Below are positions 60,783 through 64,000 of a DNA stretch of 64,000 nt, piece by piece (position 1 is the first letter of the stretch; each line of letters starts with the position of its first letter). A program made the position numbers and the translations under genes. The notes under the pieces were generated by a model that was not told where the DNA came from, did no database searches, and saw only the letters and a list, made by a program, of their open reading frames with translations. Source of the DNA: Antechinus flavipes (Eukaryota); NCBI RefSeq assembly GCF_016432865.1, contig NC_067402.1, forward strand, positions 299,460,001 through 299,524,000. The letters run 5' to 3'.

Positions 60783-61433
60783 AGTGTGTTTTTGGTAGTT
60801 TCTCATCGGTTGATATGCTTAGGGTAGGAATCACATGAAGGCAATATAGCCTAGTGGAGGGAGAGTTGGGTTTAGGAGTGAGGAAGGCATGGGTGTTTTA
60901 GCTGTGGAACCTTAGACTTCGGCTTTCTCACCAGTAAGATGTGGTGGAGAAGGGGAGGGTTGGTCTAGACTCTTAGGTCCCTCGTAACTCTACCATTAGA
61001 GAGAGTCTTAAGTCTAGGAACCTCAGTTCAATTAGATGACAGTGATCCCTAGATCACTGGTAGATGGCTATCATCTAGCCATCAGGTGTCATAATATTTA
61101 TATCTGAATCTGTCAACTCTATATTAACTAATAATGTATTAATATCATTGATCAATTATTGGATATCAGTTCTATATCGTCTATCATTCCCCCATCATTT
61201 TATGTAGTTTTCATTTCTCTTTCCTCTCCCCCCACCTCATTTTTATCTTAAAAATCAAAAAATGCTCATTTTCCATATCATAATGTTCTCTAATTCTTCT
61301 TTGTCCAAAATATTCTTCCTTCTCTAAAGATTCGACAAAGACTATTCCTTGTTCTCCTAATTTCCCTATAATCTCGCTTTATGTCCAAATCATGAACCAA
61401 TTTTGACCTTATGTTGGTTCAGGGTGTTAGATG

Positions 61434-61954
61434 TGTTGTGCCACAGTTCTCTAATTGGTCCAGCTTCTGTTTCCCTAAATTGGTCTAGCCTCAGTCCCCT
61501 TAGTAGTAAAACCCCACTCTGGTTCATTAAGACTGAGGACCATTTACTCTAAGGTTATAAATTATCCATCTGAGTCTCAAGATAAAGGGGAATTCAGACT
61601 TCCTGGATCCCAACTCCTTCTGTCCTCAAGAATTTATGGCCTACCCCCTCTATCTGGGATACCTTATTGACATCTTTACTTCTGTTTATTCAGACATCCT
61701 GACTCTGGCTTTCTAGTTTCCCCATCTTGTCAGAACCAGATTGATAGTCCGTTCCCGCTCTCAATGTTCCGACTCCGCCCCTGCTTTGGCCTACCCCTGT
61801 AGCTGAGCCATGTGGGTATATATGTCATTGAGAACTCTCATTCACCATTAGATACTTTGAGATGAGAGTCCTGTCCAATCAATCATTCTCTCCAATTAAT
61901 AAAATATTAAAAACTCTCTAATCTCTATCTTGCCTCAGTTTCTCTGGCATTACA
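61434..61954 (+). mobile_element. Solo LTR (521 bp, 4-bp TSD, class I ERV-like)
   Basis: TG...CA termini; GATG at 61430-61433 and 61955-61958; TATA-like tatatat near 61820; AATAAA near 61898. Site is empty in units 1-4. Confidence 0.8.
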
Positions 61955-64000
61955 GATGTTATTCAAGGCCTAGCTTCTGCCATATTATTTTCCAATTTTC
62001 CTAGAAATTTTTTTTGTCAAATAGAGAGCTCTCATCTCAGAAACTGGCGTCTTTGGGTTTAATCAAACTCTTGGTCACTATAATCATTAATCATTGTGTC
62101 GTGTATACTTAATCTATTCCACTAATTCTCTACTCTTAGTACATCGAATGATTTTGAAGACTGCCTCTTAATAAATATGGGATTAGGTCTGGTATGGCTA
62201 GGCCACCTTCCTTTTCAGCATTTGTTTTTAAAAGATTTTGAATTCCCAAATTATGTCGTTTCTTCTTTCCTCTCCCCTCTTCTGAAGAAGGGATGTAGTT
62301 TGATCTAGTTTATACCTGAGCTATCATGTAAGACACAATTCAACATTAGTCACAGTGTGAAAGAAGAACCTGAGCAAAAGGAAAAAAATGGGAAAACAAA
62401 AAAGTGCTTCTTTGCATTCAGAGTCTGTCAGTTCCTTATCTGGATATGGCTAGCATTTTCTTTCATGAGTTGTTTGCACTTGTCTAAGATCATTTTGTGG
62501 CTGAAAAGAGCAGTTATTCATACTTGATTATCATATAATGTTACTGATGCTGTGCACAGTGTTTTCCTGGTTCTGCTCATTTCACTTTGTATCAGTTTGT
62601 ACAAGTCTTTCCAGGTTTTTCATTTCTTAGTGCACAATAATGTTCCTTTATATTCCTATACCACAACTTATTCAGCCATTCCCCAATTAATGGGCTTCCC
62701 CTCAATTCCCAATATTTTCCCACCCCAAAAAGGACTGCTATAAATATTTTTGCACATGCATATATATTTATGTATTCATGTCCTTTCCTTTTTGTGTGAT
62801 CTCTTTGGGATACAGACCTAGTAGTGGTATCACCCAAAGTATATGCACTGTTGGTTGCTCTTTGGGCACAGCTCCAAATAACTCTAAGAATGGTTGGATC
62901 AGTTCAGGACTCCCACACTACATTAGGTGTTTCAATTTTCCCTGTCTTCAACATTTATCACTTTCCTTTTTTGTCATATTGACCAATCTGATAGGGGTGA
63001 GGTGGTCTCTCAGAGTTGTTTTAATTTGCATTTCTTTAATCAAGTGATTTGGAGCACTTCTTCATTTGTCTAGAGAAAGCTTTGATTATTTCATTTGAAA
63101 TCTGCCTGCTCATATCCTTTGATTTATCTATTGGGGAGTAAATTTTATTCTAATAAATTTGGCTCATAGTTCACTAATAAGGCTTTCTTGGAGGTTCTTA
63201 CTGTAAAGATTGTTTTCCAGCTTTCTGCTTTCCTTCTAGTCTTGGTAGTATTTGGTTTGGTTTGTATAAAAGCTTTTTAAATTTGATTTAATCAAGATGA
63301 TTTATTTTGCATGTTGTAATGTTCTCTCTGTTTGATCAAAAATATTCCCTCTTCCCATAACTTTGATAGATAGACTATTCTTTGCTCTTCTAATTTCCTT
63401 ATCCCCCTTTATCTCTAGATCACATGGCCATTCAGATCTTATCTTAGCATAAAGTAAGAGATACTGGTCTATACATAGTTTGTGTCCAATTCCCCCCCCC
63501 CCAAGTTTTCCCAGTTTTGTCAAATAGTGAGTTCTTATCCCTGAAGTCTTTAGGTTCATCAAACAGTAGAGAACTATAGTCTTTGACTATTATAACTTAT
63601 GTACCTATTTCCTTCTCTGATTCACTATTTCTTGGTCAATACCAGATGGTTTTGATGAGATCTGATAGTGCTAGACTACCTTCCTTTGTTATTTCATCCC
63701 AGTTGTTTTCCTTGATATCGTGACCTTTTTTTCCCTAATATTCTGGAGACCATTTGGAGAGAATGCTTAGCCCCCAGGAAGGATAGAAGCAGAAGAGCTA
63801 GGAGTCTTCTTGGCCTCTGTGGCCAGGCAGGGATAGAGAGAGAGCCCATGGAAGCAAGGCAGAGCTGTGTGAGAGTGTCAAGCAGTAGATTCTTTCCACC
63901 TCTTGGTCAGTCACTCTACATATTATGTGCCAGGTACTGTGCTAAGTGCTGCCACAATTGCTTCACTTTTCTCTAAAGGTGGGAACCACTTGGCCACTCT

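Overview
Mammalian genomic DNA, most likely a marsupial and possibly a dasyurid, inferred from the SINE, L1 3' UTR and OC1-like MITE types. The window is dominated by an irregular head-to-tail array of five diverged Ras-like genes on the + strand, each with a single coding exon (ATGs at 7388, 24653, 35911, 45793/45846 and 58789; spacing about 17.3, 11.3, 9.9 and 13.0 kb). Each copy has a conserved GC-box upstream region, a predicted 5' UTR intron and a conserved poly(A) signal. All copies keep the nucleotide-binding residues (K16, F28, T35, D57, NKxD, SAK; HRAS numbering) but all have lost Q61 and G13. Three carry G12C and four carry A59T, positions whose mutation activates Ras in cancers and v-Ras, so this looks like an amplified, rapidly diversifying family of naturally GAP-insensitive, ERAS-like Ras proteins. 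Copy 2 lacks the CaaX box, and copy 4 has its N-terminal extension frameshifted off and carries G60D. The spacers hold a co-amplified unidentified GC-rich block, a decayed betaretrovirus-like pro-pol fragment, L1/SINE/LTR fragments, a fold-back LTR-end element, a hAT MITE and a 28-bp GC minisatellite flanked by GC-shifted sequence. All alignments were done by eye; no database searches were run.
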